Below, in pieces: positions 37,827-47,554 of a stretch of DNA of 64,000 nt (its first letter is position 1; each line of letters starts with the position of its first letter). The stretch comes from an uncultured Desulfobacter sp. Its GTDB lineage: Bacteria; Desulfobacterota; Desulfobacteria; Desulfobacterales; Desulfobacteraceae. The DNA is taken from positions 160,001-224,000 of the forward strand of contig OY762069.1 of assembly GCA_963665095.1 (NCBI GenBank). The letters are read 5' to 3'. A model generated the notes under the pieces. That model saw nothing but the letters and a program-made list of their open reading frames with translations, ran no database searches and was not told the DNA's origin. The position numbers and the translations under genes are program-made.

Positions 37827-39830
37827 ATGGATGACCTGCAATCTGTCACAGAAAGCCCCCTGGCTGCCAAGTTCATGAAAATGAAAGCGGCCTTCTCCAA
37901 CTATAATGTTGTGAGAATGCGTGAGGCGTTGCGTTATCTTTCAGGTCCCAAGCTTACGCTTTTTATTAATATTCCTTTTTTTATCCATATTAACCGGCCG
38001 CAATTTCCCGGATATGTACCTGAGGGGCCTGAGGCCTGCGGTATTTATAATTTTAAGAATTCAGGCTTTTTCAAGGCGGTACGCGGCAGGGAAGGGGTCT
38101 TTCCGGATATGCTTGCAGGAGAAACCGAGATGGAAAATCCTTGCGTGCTCGGACTTTACCATATCGGATCTTTAGGAACTTTCACCCAGTCGGCCCAGTC
38201 TGATTTTGATTACTGGGTCATCATTGACAGGACGGGTTTTACAGAGCAGCGGTATTACAACCTTGAAAAAAAGCTGAATCACATCGTTAAATATTCCAGG
38301 GAACACTTTGATCAGGAGGTCACTTTTTTTATCATGGACCAGGCCGATATCCGGAAAGACTGTTATGCCGGATTTGACGCGCCTGAAACCATGATTGCCC
38401 CGAAGCTGTTTCTTAAAGAGGAGTTTTACCGGACATTTTTAATGATTGCAGGCAAGATTCCACTATGGACCATTCTGCCTTCAGACATGCAGCAGAACAC
38501 CTACGATCGACTGGTTGAACGCCTGTTTCTGCAGCCTGACCTCTTTTTTTTATTAAAAGGCTTTCTTGATCTTGGAAAGGTGGAAAAACCTTCCCTGAAA
38601 GACATTTACCAGGGGGTCCGCTGGCATATCTGCAAATCAAGAGAGGATCCGGTCAAGGCCCTGATTAAGGCCACCATGATCCTTTCTCATATAGCGGGTG
38701 AAAAAGAACACGCCATGCTGCTGTGTGATGAACTGAAGTTAAGATTTGGCAATGCCGGCATTGATGACTGCGAAAGTGACCCTTATAAAATCGTTTTTGA
38801 CAGGGTCCTGGACTATCATCAGATTCATGGCAGACAAGGCCTCAAGCTGATTAAAAACGCCATATTTTTCAGGCTTTGCGGTTACCCCAGGGTCAGGATC
38901 CCTGAACCGGGATCACCCAAAAGACAGTTAATAGACAGATATATCCGGACCTGGAACATCCCGGCATCCCAGGTCAAAAAACTGATGTCCTATCCCGACT
39001 GGCCTGAAAAGGAAAAGCAGCTCCTTGACACAACCTTGCTCCAGCGCCTGGCCAAAATGTACGAGCAGATCTATGCCAAAGGGAAAGGCCTTGAAAAGGA
39101 TCTGCCTGTGGCGGAACAAAGGAATATGACAATCCTCAACAACAAGGTCAAAGAGCGCCTGAATACAGATCCCGGTAAAATTCCGGCAAGTTCAAATTTT
39201 CTGACCCGATGTTTCTTTGCCTTCCTTTTGATTAAGGATAAATCAGTTGAAAAATGGATATTGAGCGGCACCCTGTCAGGTGAACTTGAGGAAAGTGTCC
39301 TTCGCCGGTCTGAAACGTTTCTGGGACTGATGGGATGGATCATGGAAAACCGGCTTTATCGGAGGAATAAAACCCAGATCAAACTTGAAACCACGCTTAA
39401 TCTCTATGAAAGCCGGGATCAGGCGGTATCCGCAGATGCCCTTTACCTGGTCATGCAGCCGGTTAAACCTTTGCATGACAGCTGCTTTGAACATCCTGCC
39501 CAATGGACAAAGATCGTGATTTTACTGGTGTGCCCGGACCCGTTCAGCGGGGTGGCGCAAATTGAACTGTTAGCCCTTAATTCCTGGGGGGAGATGTTTA
39601 TAGATCAATTGAGGCTTGACACCGAGTGGACCCTGAGTGGTAGATATGAGAAAATAGCCGATAAAATCAACCAGTACTCCGGGGAAGAGGTCCGTCTGTT
39701 TTTTTTTCAGATGGCGCAAATCCGGGATGAAAATATTGTGTACGAAATCAAGCAGTTTCTGGCCAGCCGTTTTCTGATGTACCGGCCAGGGGCACCTAAA
39801 AAGAATCGTCCCATGCTGGACAAATTATAG
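37827..39830 (+). CDS. cyaA: Class I adenylate cyclase
   Basis: GLYHIGSLGTFTQSAQSDFDYW nucleotidyltransferase motif; LKEEFYRT, AGKIPLW, LDLG and NSWGE are class I signatures. Confidence 0.85.
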   Translation: MDDLQSVTESPLAAKFMKMKAAFSNYNVVRMREALRYLSGPKLTLFINIPFFIHINRPQFPGYVPEGPEACGIYNFKNSGFFKAVRGREGVFPDMLAGETEMENPCVLGLYHIGSLGTFTQSAQSDFDYWVIIDRTGFTEQRYYNLEKKLNHIVKYSREHFDQEVTFFIMDQADIRKDCYAGFDAPETMIAPKLFLKEEFYRTFLMIAGKIPLWTILPSDMQQNTYDRLVERLFLQPDLFFLLKGFLDLGKVEKPSLKDIYQGVRWHICKSREDPVKALIKATMILSHIAGEKEHAMLLCDELKLRFGNAGIDDCESDPYKIVFDRVLDYHQIHGRQGLKLIKNAIFFRLCGYPRVRIPEPGSPKRQLIDRYIRTWNIPASQVKKLMSYPDWPEKEKQLLDTTLLQRLAKMYEQIYAKGKGLEKDLPVAEQRNMTILNNKVKERLNTDPGKIPASSNFLTRCFFAFLLIKDKSVEKWILSGTLSGELEESVLRRSETFLGLMGWIMENRLYRRNKTQIKLETTLNLYESRDQAVSADALYLVMQPVKPLHDSCFEHPAQWTKIVILLVCPDPFSGVAQIELLALNSWGEMFIDQLRLDTEWTLSGRYEKIADKINQYSGEEVRLFFFQMAQIRDENIVYEIKQFLASRFLMYRPGAPKKNRPMLDKL

Positions 39831-39838
39831 GAATATAT

Positions 39839-40849
39839 ATGACCCGGCCGCAAATTCTTACCATTATCGAAGATTCTCGGGAGCAGGACAGGCTTTTAGC
39901 TGCCCTGAAAAAGATCGGTTACGCTCATATTGTGACTGCGGACAGTGCAGACAACGGATGGGCGTTATTAAAGGATTCTGAGATTGGATGTGTGATTGCC
40001 GCCTATAACATGAGCGATATGTCGGGGCTGGCTCTGTTGAAAATCCTGAGAAAAGAAGACGCCATGGGAGATCTGCCGTTTTTTTTAACAGACAGTGCAT
40101 TTACCAAGATTAAGGTGATCAAGGCGGGGCAGGCAGGGGTGACCGGTCTTTTCGTCATTCCCTATGATTCTAAGGCGATGAAAATGAGGCTGGCTGCGGC
40201 CTTGGGGAAACTTCAGGATCCTGTCATTCACCAGGTTGAGCTGAATGTTGAAAAAGGTCTTGAACTTATTGAAAAAAAAGAATATGCCGAGGCCCTGGCC
40301 TTGTTTCAGGCCCTGGTTGACCAGAAAGAAAACCCGGAATATTATTACAATATAGGCTACATCAAGACAGCCCAAAGCAAACATTCCGAAGCCATAGATG
40401 CCTTTTCAAAGGCAACACGTTTAGACCGGCTTTTCGTCAAGGCATATAAAGCCATGGCAATGGTATACAGGGCCATGGGGGTTGCGCAAAAGGCTGAAGA
40501 GTGCACCCAGATCGCTGCAGAAATATATATGGACACCGATAAGCTGGGAAAAGCCGAGGACCTGCTCAATGAGCTTCTGGCATCCGGAACCGAATCCCTG
40601 AACGTGTTTAACACCCTGGGCGTGCTTTACCGGAAAAAGGGCGACACAAAAGAGGCCATGAAACAGTACAAAAAGGCATTGAAAGTCCATCCGGACGAAC
40701 CCTACATCTACTACAACATCGGCCGCCTTTATCTGGATGCTAAAAATACCACCAAAGCCAAGGCCTATTTCCAGGCCGCCCTTGACCGCGACCATCAGTT
40801 TAACGAGGCCAAACAGGTGATAAAAGCCATAGACCTGGGAATGATCTGA
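39839..40849 (+). CDS. Receiver-like domain plus TPR repeat protein
   Basis: N-terminal CheY-like fold with degenerate phosphorylation residues. TPR repeats such as YYYNIG, VFNTLGVLY and IYYNIGRLY. Confidence 0.85.
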   Translation: MTRPQILTIIEDSREQDRLLAALKKIGYAHIVTADSADNGWALLKDSEIGCVIAAYNMSDMSGLALLKILRKEDAMGDLPFFLTDSAFTKIKVIKAGQAGVTGLFVIPYDSKAMKMRLAAALGKLQDPVIHQVELNVEKGLELIEKKEYAEALALFQALVDQKENPEYYYNIGYIKTAQSKHSEAIDAFSKATRLDRLFVKAYKAMAMVYRAMGVAQKAEECTQIAAEIYMDTDKLGKAEDLLNELLASGTESLNVFNTLGVLYRKKGDTKEAMKQYKKALKVHPDEPYIYYNIGRLYLDAKNTTKAKAYFQAALDRDHQFNEAKQVIKAIDLGMI

Positions 40850-40883
40850 CGGTTTTTTGCATTCGCCCATGCCGTATATGAAG

Positions 40884-40922
40884 AACAGAGGCGCCGGAGC
40901 TATGTCCGGCGCCTCTGTTTTG
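40884..40922 (+). terminator. Intrinsic terminator
   Basis: AACAGAGGCGCCGGA-loop-TCCGGCGCCTCTGTT followed by T residues. Confidence 0.85.
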
Positions 40923-40967
40923 TGGTTGGAATTTTCTGACCCCCCAAATTCAAACCAACGCGCTATT

Positions 40968-41123
40968 TAGTGCCTGAACGAAAAACCCGTGTTTGGTGTT
41001 TGGACGCAAAGTTGCCCAGATGCAAGGCGCAAGCAAAGCTGCAACCGGAGCGTACTCCAGTACGTGAGGATTGCAGCTTTGTGCAGCAACGCCGCAGGTG
41101 GGTGACTTTTCGTTCAAACACTA
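40968..41123 (+). repeat. ERIC-like / MITE-like palindromic intergenic repeat, most complete copy
   Basis: Terminal inverted repeats TAGTGCCTGAACGAAAA / TTTTCGTTCAAACACTA. Core GCAAGGCGCAAG...GGAGCGTACTCCAGTACGTGA...GCAGCAACGC. CTATTTAG overlaps both ends. Confidence 0.8.
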
Positions 41124-41124
41124 T

Positions 41125-43032
41125 TTAGGCCCTTTTCCCATACCCAATCTGTCCTAAAGAATCTTCAATTTCATCAAGGATGGTGTAGTCATCAATGGTT
41201 GCAGGGACCTTGTACTCTTTTTTATCCGCAATGGATCTCATGGTGCCGCGCAGGATTTTGCCGGACCGGGTTTTGGGCAGCCGTTTGACAACCATGGCTG
41301 TTTTAAACGCGGCCACAGGCCCGATTTCACTTCGAACCAGTGCAACCACCTCTTTCACCACTTCTTCCGGGTCTCTGTCCACACCGGCATTTAAAACCAT
41401 CATACCTAAGGGGATCTGGCCCTTGAGTTTGTCTTCAACACCCATGACCGCACATTCTGCCACGTCCTTGTGTGATGCAATGACCTCTTCCATGGCGCCT
41501 GTGGAAAGTCTGTGCCCGGCCACATTGATGATGTCGTCGGTTCTGGCCATAACATAGACATATCCGTCCTCATCAATGAATCCCGCGTCAGCGGTTTCAT
41601 AGTAGCCCGGGAATTCATTCAGGTAAGAATCCTTGTAACGCTGGTCGTTCTGCCACAGGGTGGGCAGGGTACCCGGCGGCAGGGGCAGTTTTGCCACAAT
41701 GGCGCCGATTTCACCGGACGCCACCGGATGGCCGTCACTTCCCAGGACTGCCAGGTTCCAGCCAGGGGCTGCCTTGGTGGGGGATCCGGGTTTAACTTTG
41801 AATGGATGAATCCCCATACAGTTGGCGGCAATGGCCCAGCCTGTCTCTGTCTGCCACCAGTGATCAATGACCGGTACATTCAACGCATTTTCCGCCCAGG
41901 TAAGGGTGTCCGGATCCAGTCTTTCACCGGCCAGGAACAGGTATTTGAAGCAGGAGAGATCAAAATCTTTCATCATTACAGCTTTAGGATCTTCCCGTTT
42001 TATGGCTCTGAAAGCTGTTGGCGCCGTAAACAGCGATTTCACCTTGTGCTGGGAGATAATCCGCCAGAACACGGAAGCATCCGGGGTGCCCACAGGTTTT
42101 CCTTCAAAAAGAATGGATGTACATCCCTTGAAAAGAGGTGCGTATACAATGTAGGAGTGGCCCACCACCCATCCGATATCAGAGGCGGCCCAGTAAACAT
42201 CTCCCTGGTCAACCCCGTAAATGGCACTCATGGTATACTTCAGGGCAACCAGGTGTCCGCCGTTATCCCTGACCACCCCTTTGGGCTGGCCTGTGGTGCC
42301 GGAGGTATAAAGAATATAAAGCGGGTCTGTGGCCAGCACCGGTACACAATCCTGGGCAGTGGCCTTTGCCATTTCATTTTCCCAGTCAAAATCCCTGTCC
42401 GGCACCATGGATGCCGTGGCCTGGGGGCGCTGAAAAATGATGCAGGATTCCGGCTTGGCATCACTAAGGTCAATGGCTTTGTCAAGAAGCGGTTTGTAGT
42501 CTATGACTTTTTTGATTTCAATACCGCAGGATGCCGACACAATGACTTTGGGTTTGGCATCATTGATCCGGGTGGCAAGCTCGTTGGCGGCAAACCCGCC
42601 AAAGACCACGGAGTGGACAGCACCGATTCTGGCGCAGGCCAGCATGGCAAAAACCGCTTCCGGGATCATGGGCATGTAGATAATGACCCTGTCTCCTTTT
42701 GTGACACCCTTTGAGGCCAGAACCCCTGCAAACCGGGATACCTGATCTTTAAGATCTGTATAGGTGTATTCCCGGATGGTATCTGTTACCGGGCTGTCAT
42801 AGATAATGGCAGCCTGATCCCCTCGACCGTTTTCCACATGGAGGTCCACGGCATTGTAACAGCTGTTGGTCTCACCACCGCTGAACCACCTGTAAAACGG
42901 TTTGTTGGAGTCATCCAGCACTTTATCCCATTTTTTGTACCAAAAGCAGTCCTCGGCAATGGCGCCCCAGAATTCTTCGGGATTATTAATGGAACGTTCA
43001 TAGGCCTCATCATACAAATTAGACATAGACAT
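41125..43032 (-). CDS. prpE: Propionyl-CoA synthetase (acetate/propionate--CoA ligase)
   Basis: YTSGTTGQPKGVVRD, SDIGWVVGHSY, DHWWQTETG, INVAGHRLS and LPKTRSGK motifs. Confidence 0.88.
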   Translation of the reverse strand: MSMSNLYDEAYERSINNPEEFWGAIAEDCFWYKKWDKVLDDSNKPFYRWFSGGETNSCYNAVDLHVENGRGDQAAIIYDSPVTDTIREYTYTDLKDQVSRFAGVLASKGVTKGDRVIIYMPMIPEAVFAMLACARIGAVHSVVFGGFAANELATRINDAKPKVIVSASCGIEIKKVIDYKPLLDKAIDLSDAKPESCIIFQRPQATASMVPDRDFDWENEMAKATAQDCVPVLATDPLYILYTSGTTGQPKGVVRDNGGHLVALKYTMSAIYGVDQGDVYWAASDIGWVVGHSYIVYAPLFKGCTSILFEGKPVGTPDASVFWRIISQHKVKSLFTAPTAFRAIKREDPKAVMMKDFDLSCFKYLFLAGERLDPDTLTWAENALNVPVIDHWWQTETGWAIAANCMGIHPFKVKPGSPTKAAPGWNLAVLGSDGHPVASGEIGAIVAKLPLPPGTLPTLWQNDQRYKDSYLNEFPGYYETADAGFIDEDGYVYVMARTDDIINVAGHRLSTGAMEEVIASHKDVAECAVMGVEDKLKGQIPLGMMVLNAGVDRDPEEVVKEVVALVRSEIGPVAAFKTAMVVKRLPKTRSGKILRGTMRSIADKKEYKVPATIDDYTILDEIEDSLGQIGYGKRA

Positions 43033-43310
43033 ACCTCCTGATATTAAAAAGGATAAATAAAATTATGTTTGAACCCTGTTCATTGGCTGAGGGATTGTAC
43101 CTAGGAATATCCGTTGCGGATAAAGAGCTATGTTCTTTTGTATCCCAATACACGTGGCTTTTAGCCCTTTGGGTTTCAGTAATAATTTTTCTGCTCATTG
43201 AACGTCTCCTGCAGATTTTGGATAAGCAAATGTGTCACTCTTCAACGTAAAATTTGGAACAATCAGGTATTTTTCTAAATACTAGAGCAATTATCACTAG
43301 AGCTATCGTA

Positions 43311-43326
43311 AGCAATCATCGTACCG
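43311..43326 (-). promoter_or_regulatory. sigma54 promoter of prpE
   Basis: Minus strand CGGTAC-GATGA-TTGCT with GG-N10-GC spacing. Confidence 0.65.
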
Positions 43327-43391
43327 GCGAGCTATTTTAAGATAACTATTTTATTTTATTGATAAAATCAATAAAGTGTTTCAAGGCAGAT

Positions 43392-43497
43392 TACAACAAA
43401 GGTTGTATTGTTTTTGTATCAATGATTTAACCTTCCAGTAAAATCAATGTGTTTTGAAATGAAAACAAAAAAAATTGTGCATACAATAAAAATTGTA
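43392..43497. promoter_or_regulatory. Two TACAA-N6-TTGTA palindromes, candidate bEBP enhancer sites for prpE
   Basis: TACAACAAAGGTTGTA at 43392-43407 and TACAATAAAAATTGTA at 43482-43497. Confidence 0.55.
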
Positions 43498-43559
43498 GGT
43501 TTTCCGGGGCGACATCCGGAAGACTGTGAGGCGATCTGAAAATGAAAAACGGCAAAGGG

Positions 43560-44786
43560 TTATGGCAATATTAAATTCGCAAAATCCTGGGCCAGCACCT
43601 GGACGCCCCGGAACCCCATAAAGGGGGTCCAGGCAAAACGTTTGACCATGCCCAGATTGGGGTTTGATACCTGCAGCCCGGGAATTTGCCCCTTAAAATG
43701 CCTGAGGGTTACGGCGTCCGCAAGCAGGTAATCCGGGGCTGCGTTTGCGATAAATTCGTATTTTAGAGAGTCGTTTTTGAAGAAATTGAATGCCGATGGC
43801 ATGTATTCAGGTATCGGGTGGGTCAATACCAGGGCTGACACATGAAAGCCCAGTTCATCCCTGATAAAAGGGGCCAAACCTTTTAACAGATCATATGGAC
43901 CGCATATAACAAAGGACAAGGTCCTGTGCCCTGCGATCCGTTTCTGGTAATCCAGGCGCTGCCTGAATTCACTGATGGTTTTGGCTTCCTTTTCCAGAAA
44001 AACGGCTGACGGGGATCGGCCGGTTATTTCAGCCACAGATTCTATCCAAGAAAGCGTTCCTGCGATGCCATAGGGCGCTTTGTAATAATAGGGCTGGCCA
44101 AAGCGGTTTTTTAGAATCTTGGCACAGGGAATACCCTCGTTGCGCAGCACAATATTGAAGGCGGCCTTGCCTGCAATAGAGAGCTCTTCCATAGAGGTGT
44201 CCGCAGTGAAAATCGCTGCGGCGGTATACCCGAAAGCACCGGCCATTAACCGCTCGATTTCCCGGATATCAGCCAGATAGTTACAGCAGTCCATTCCCGG
44301 GCCGATGATGTTATAAGTTGTCATTTCAACGGAAGGCGCCTGCCTGACCACGGTTTTTGCAACCATGGACAAGGCCCGCCTTACGCCTTGGGTATGTTCT
44401 GAGGAAAGACTTATCCCGCTGAAAGGGATCACCCGGGTCGGCGTTTCCCTGCTCAGTGCCAGACAGATCCCGTCCATGTCCATGCCGGTGATCTCCGATA
44501 CCGCAGAGGGAATAATAAAGAGATGGGAGGGATGACGGTTGTCAATAAGTTCACGGACTGCTGTCTCCAGTCGCCCGGGATCTCCGAAAACCACTTCGTT
44601 TTCCGTCAGACCCGTAGTATAAAGATCAGCCCTCATGGGGGCATTGTAGGTACCATGCTGGGCAGCCGCGTAATGGGTGGAGCCTTCGGGGCCGAATTCC
44701 AGGACGCAGGCACCCCTGATCGTGCCCAGTGTCCATAGAATACCCATCCGTTCCGAAGCATAGGGAAGATCCTCAAATAAAATCAT
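43560..44786 (-). CDS. Nitrogenase component 1-like oxidoreductase subunit (NflK/BchB-like, no cluster Cys)
   Basis: FGPEGSTHY, TTGLTENEVVFGD, SEITGMD, YNIIG, APYGIAGTLSW and PFMGFRG motifs. No Cys at the canonical ligand positions. Confidence 0.82.
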   Translation of the reverse strand: MILFEDLPYASERMGILWTLGTIRGACVLEFGPEGSTHYAAAQHGTYNAPMRADLYTTGLTENEVVFGDPGRLETAVRELIDNRHPSHLFIIPSAVSEITGMDMDGICLALSRETPTRVIPFSGISLSSEHTQGVRRALSMVAKTVVRQAPSVEMTTYNIIGPGMDCCNYLADIREIERLMAGAFGYTAAAIFTADTSMEELSIAGKAAFNIVLRNEGIPCAKILKNRFGQPYYYKAPYGIAGTLSWIESVAEITGRSPSAVFLEKEAKTISEFRQRLDYQKRIAGHRTLSFVICGPYDLLKGLAPFIRDELGFHVSALVLTHPIPEYMPSAFNFFKNDSLKYEFIANAAPDYLLADAVTLRHFKGQIPGLQVSNPNLGMVKRFAWTPFMGFRGVQVLAQDFANLILP

Positions 44787-46051
44787 GATGCAGTTTCCTT
44801 TTCCAATTGCGCCAAAAGGGTGTCATAGAATGTTTCGGGATAATCGGTCCCGATCCGGGGGAAAAGGCCGGTGATGGAAATGAGTTGAGGTCCGTTTCTG
44901 TCTCTGGCGGTATCCCATCCCATGCCGACGTGAAAATCTGCGTGAAGCTGTGCTGAAAAGGCGTTAAGGGCTGCTGTATTTGCATTTTTAGCTACCATGG
45001 GATCCTGGCCCATTTCCAGAAGCGCCTGCCTGGCCCGGGCGTCATGTTCATAAATATTGCGGGCAAGGATCAGTTTAATTCTTCCACCTGCCCGGGCAAT
45101 CAGGCAGGCGGAGGCAAAGGGGGAACCCGCCGTGTTGCCGATAATGAATTCTTTTCCCTGGCAAAGCGGTTTCAACCGGCTTAACAGGTGTTTTATTCTT
45201 TTTTTAGCCGCTTCAAGGTCGGCGGTGTAGTCGTGCGCCGTGATGCCGGAAAGGACGGCATAAGCGCTTTCGATACAATCCCAGTCAGAGGACGGTGACA
45301 GGTCGGCAAAGGGAATGCCAAAATCGGCTTCAAGCCGCCGGGCAAACCCCAGGGCAGTCTTTTCGGCGACAATGGCGAAGGATGACGAAGGAATCCGGTG
45401 AATGGCTTCAAGATCTGTGTTGTGTGGGAATTGCGCTGCCAAAGTGAATCCGTCCCGGATCAGCCTTTGGATGATCCGGTTGTCCGCAGTCCCTTGAAAT
45501 CTTGGGCCGAGAATGGAAAAATTTTTCGGTATTTTTGCCACCGGGGACAAAAGATGGGTGACTGAAGCCATTGCCTGTTCAACACCGTCAAGGTAATCGG
45601 CTGTTTTAAAATTCTCCGTTTTTACCACGGAAACCGGGGTGCAGCACCGGGTACTTGCCACAATGCCACGGATATCATCGCCGGTCAGTTCAATGACACA
45701 GGAGGTAACCACCACGATCAGCTGTGTGTCAGGGTCCTGATCCAGCCGTCTGATGATTTGTTTAAGCCCTTCCTCGCATCCATTGATTACGTCAGATTCA
45801 TCCAGTACGGCGCACCGGATTTTGGCGCCAGGTTTTCCGGGATCTGAAAAATTGTTCATGGTTTTGTAAGTGTAGAATCCACAGTCAGCCGTTCCAATCA
45901 CCAGCATGGTGACACCCCGGATATTTCCAAGGGTGAAGTGAACCCCGAAAAGAGGGCAATGCCCCCCAGGATATATGCAGGCCTGGAGCTCATGGATATC
46001 GGTACTGTCCGTGACCTGTGACAACAGCTTAGGATTCAAGGCGGACCTCAT
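44783..46051 (-). CDS. Nitrogenase component 1-like oxidoreductase subunit (NflD/BchN-like, three cluster Cys)
   Basis: [26 protein letters not shown] and [11 protein letters not shown] motifs. Confidence 0.85.
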   Translation of the reverse strand: MRSALNPKLLSQVTDSTDIHELQACIYPGGHCPLFGVHFTLGNIRGVTMLVIGTADCGFYTYKTMNNFSDPGKPGAKIRCAVLDESDVINGCEEGLKQIIRRLDQDPDTQLIVVVTSCVIELTGDDIRGIVASTRCCTPVSVVKTENFKTADYLDGVEQAMASVTHLLSPVAKIPKNFSILGPRFQGTADNRIIQRLIRDGFTLAAQFPHNTDLEAIHRIPSSSFAIVAEKTALGFARRLEADFGIPFADLSPSSDWDCIESAYAVLSGITAHDYTADLEAAKKRIKHLLSRLKPLCQGKEFIIGNTAGSPFASACLIARAGGRIKLILARNIYEHDARARQALLEMGQDPMVAKNANTAALNAFSAQLHADFHVGMGWDTARDRNGPQLISITGLFPRIGTDYPETFYDTLLAQLEKETAS

Positions 46052-46790
46052 TTTTCATGATCCGGGCGGCCAGGGCAGTGAAGACCTTTGCGGCATCCGA
46101 TTCCGGGTTCCCCTCAACCACGGTTTTGTTTTCCTGTTCCCATCGGTTGATTTCCGCGTCCCTGGGAATTTTCGCCAGCAGGGGAACGTTTAGGGTGTCG
46201 CAAAGCTGTGTAACCAGGGCATCCTCGTTTGAAACGTTTCGTGTATTCTGGATAACGCCGCAAAGTCTTGCATAGTTTCTGTCCTTAAACCGGTCAATGG
46301 CCATGGCAATATTCCGGGCCGCGTAAAGTGCCATTTTTTCACCTGAGGTAACAATGATGACTTCCCTTGCATACCCGTCCCGGATGGGCATGGCAAATCC
46401 ACCGCATACAACGTCACCCAGGACGTCGTAGAGCACGTAATCCGGGGCAAGCTGCTTAAAAGCCCCTTTTTTTTCCAGGAAGTCAAAGGCTGTGATGATG
46501 CCCCGGCCGGCACAGCCAACCCCGGGGGACGGCCCCCCGCATTCCGCGCAGAAAATGCCATTAAACCCGGTTACCACCACCTGGCTGAGCAAGGGGGGTG
46601 TTGGAGACCTGACATGCTCCAGGACAGGTAAAACAGGCCTGCCACCCGTCAGGTTAATGGTGGAATCCGCCTTGGGGTCGCACCCGATCTGAAATACTTT
46701 TTCCCCTTGAAAGGAGATGGCTGCCGCCAGGTTGGCGCAAACCGTTGATTTCCCAATGCCGCCTTTTCCATAAATGGCAATTTTTCTCAT
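46029..46790 (-). CDS. Nitrogenase Fe-protein-like reductase (group IV NflH)
   Basis: [32 protein letters not shown] and [14 protein letters not shown] motifs. Only 253 aa. Confidence 0.92.
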   Translation of the reverse strand: MRKIAIYGKGGIGKSTVCANLAAAISFQGEKVFQIGCDPKADSTINLTGGRPVLPVLEHVRSPTPPLLSQVVVTGFNGIFCAECGGPSPGVGCAGRGIITAFDFLEKKGAFKQLAPDYVLYDVLGDVVCGGFAMPIRDGYAREVIIVTSGEKMALYAARNIAMAIDRFKDRNYARLCGVIQNTRNVSNEDALVTQLCDTLNVPLLAKIPRDAEINRWEQENKTVVEGNPESDAAKVFTALAARIMKNEVRLES

Positions 46791-47554
46791 ATAGCGTCCT
46801 TCAGGATCAGAATTTTTTGATCCTTTTGCATGATAAATTCGGTTTCAATTCCAAAAACCTCCCTGATACTGGATTCTGTCATGACATGTTCCGGAACCCC
46901 CATGCTCCTGACGCATCCTTTGTCCATTAAAAGGATGCGGTCGCAGTATTTTAAGGCCATGTTCAGATCGTGGATGGCAATCACGGCCGAATAATTGTGC
47001 CGGGTTACCATTTGCCGGACCAGTTTCAGGGTTTCGAACTGGTACCGGATATCCAGATTGCTGGTGGGTTCGTCGAACAGCATGATCGGGGTTTGGGAGG
47101 CGATCACCCGGGCAATGACAACCTTTTGCTGTTCCCCGCCGCTTAAAGCTGAAACATTTCTCATGGCCATGGATTCCATGTGAAGGCCCTCCAGGGCCGT
47201 TATCGCCTTCTTTGCGTGCCGTGCGGCCTCTGCCCGGTTTCGTGGTTTCCCCATCCCCGCCATAACCACCTCAATTACCTTGCAGGGAAATGCGGCTGAA
47301 TGCTTCTGGGGCACATAGCCGATAAGTCTGGCAATATCCCTGACCGGGTAGTTTTTTATGTCTTTTCCCCTGAGCAGGACCCGGCCCCTGACCGGGGACA
47401 GGATTCGGTTCAGGCACCGGATCAACGTGGATTTGCCGGCGCCGTTGGGACCGATAAGTCCTACAAGTTCACCCGCAGCCAGGGTAAAGCTAATATCTTT
47501 AAGTACGGGCCTGCCCCGATAGTAGGAAAATGATATATCCTGAACCTGAATCAT
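46787..47554 (-). CDS. ABC transporter ATP-binding protein (FecE/BtuD/HmuV type)
   Basis: [24 protein letters not shown] and IHDLN motifs. Confidence 0.93.
   Translation of the reverse strand: MIQVQDISFSYYRGRPVLKDISFTLAAGELVGLIGPNGAGKSTLIRCLNRILSPVRGRVLLRGKDIKNYPVRDIARLIGYVPQKHSAAFPCKVIEVVMAGMGKPRNRAEAARHAKKAITALEGLHMESMAMRNVSALSGGEQQKVVIARVIASQTPIMLFDEPTSNLDIRYQFETLKLVRQMVTRHNYSAVIAIHDLNMALKYCDRILLMDKGCVRSMGVPEHVMTESSIREVFGIETEFIMQKDQKILILKDAI

Noticed and set aside
41512..42714. 400-aa plus-strand ORF and similar long antisense ORFs (e.g. 19602-20438, 34133-34906)
   Set aside because: These are shadows of well-supported genes on the opposite strand, with no recognisable motifs.
43560..46790. 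True nitrogenase nifHDK, especially with nifB in the same window
   Set aside because: The subunits are short (408 and 422 aa), one lacks P-cluster Cys, no FeMo-co ligand motif is visible, there is no nifEN, and control is by a B12 riboswitch. nifB is about 39 kb away, so no functional link is supported.
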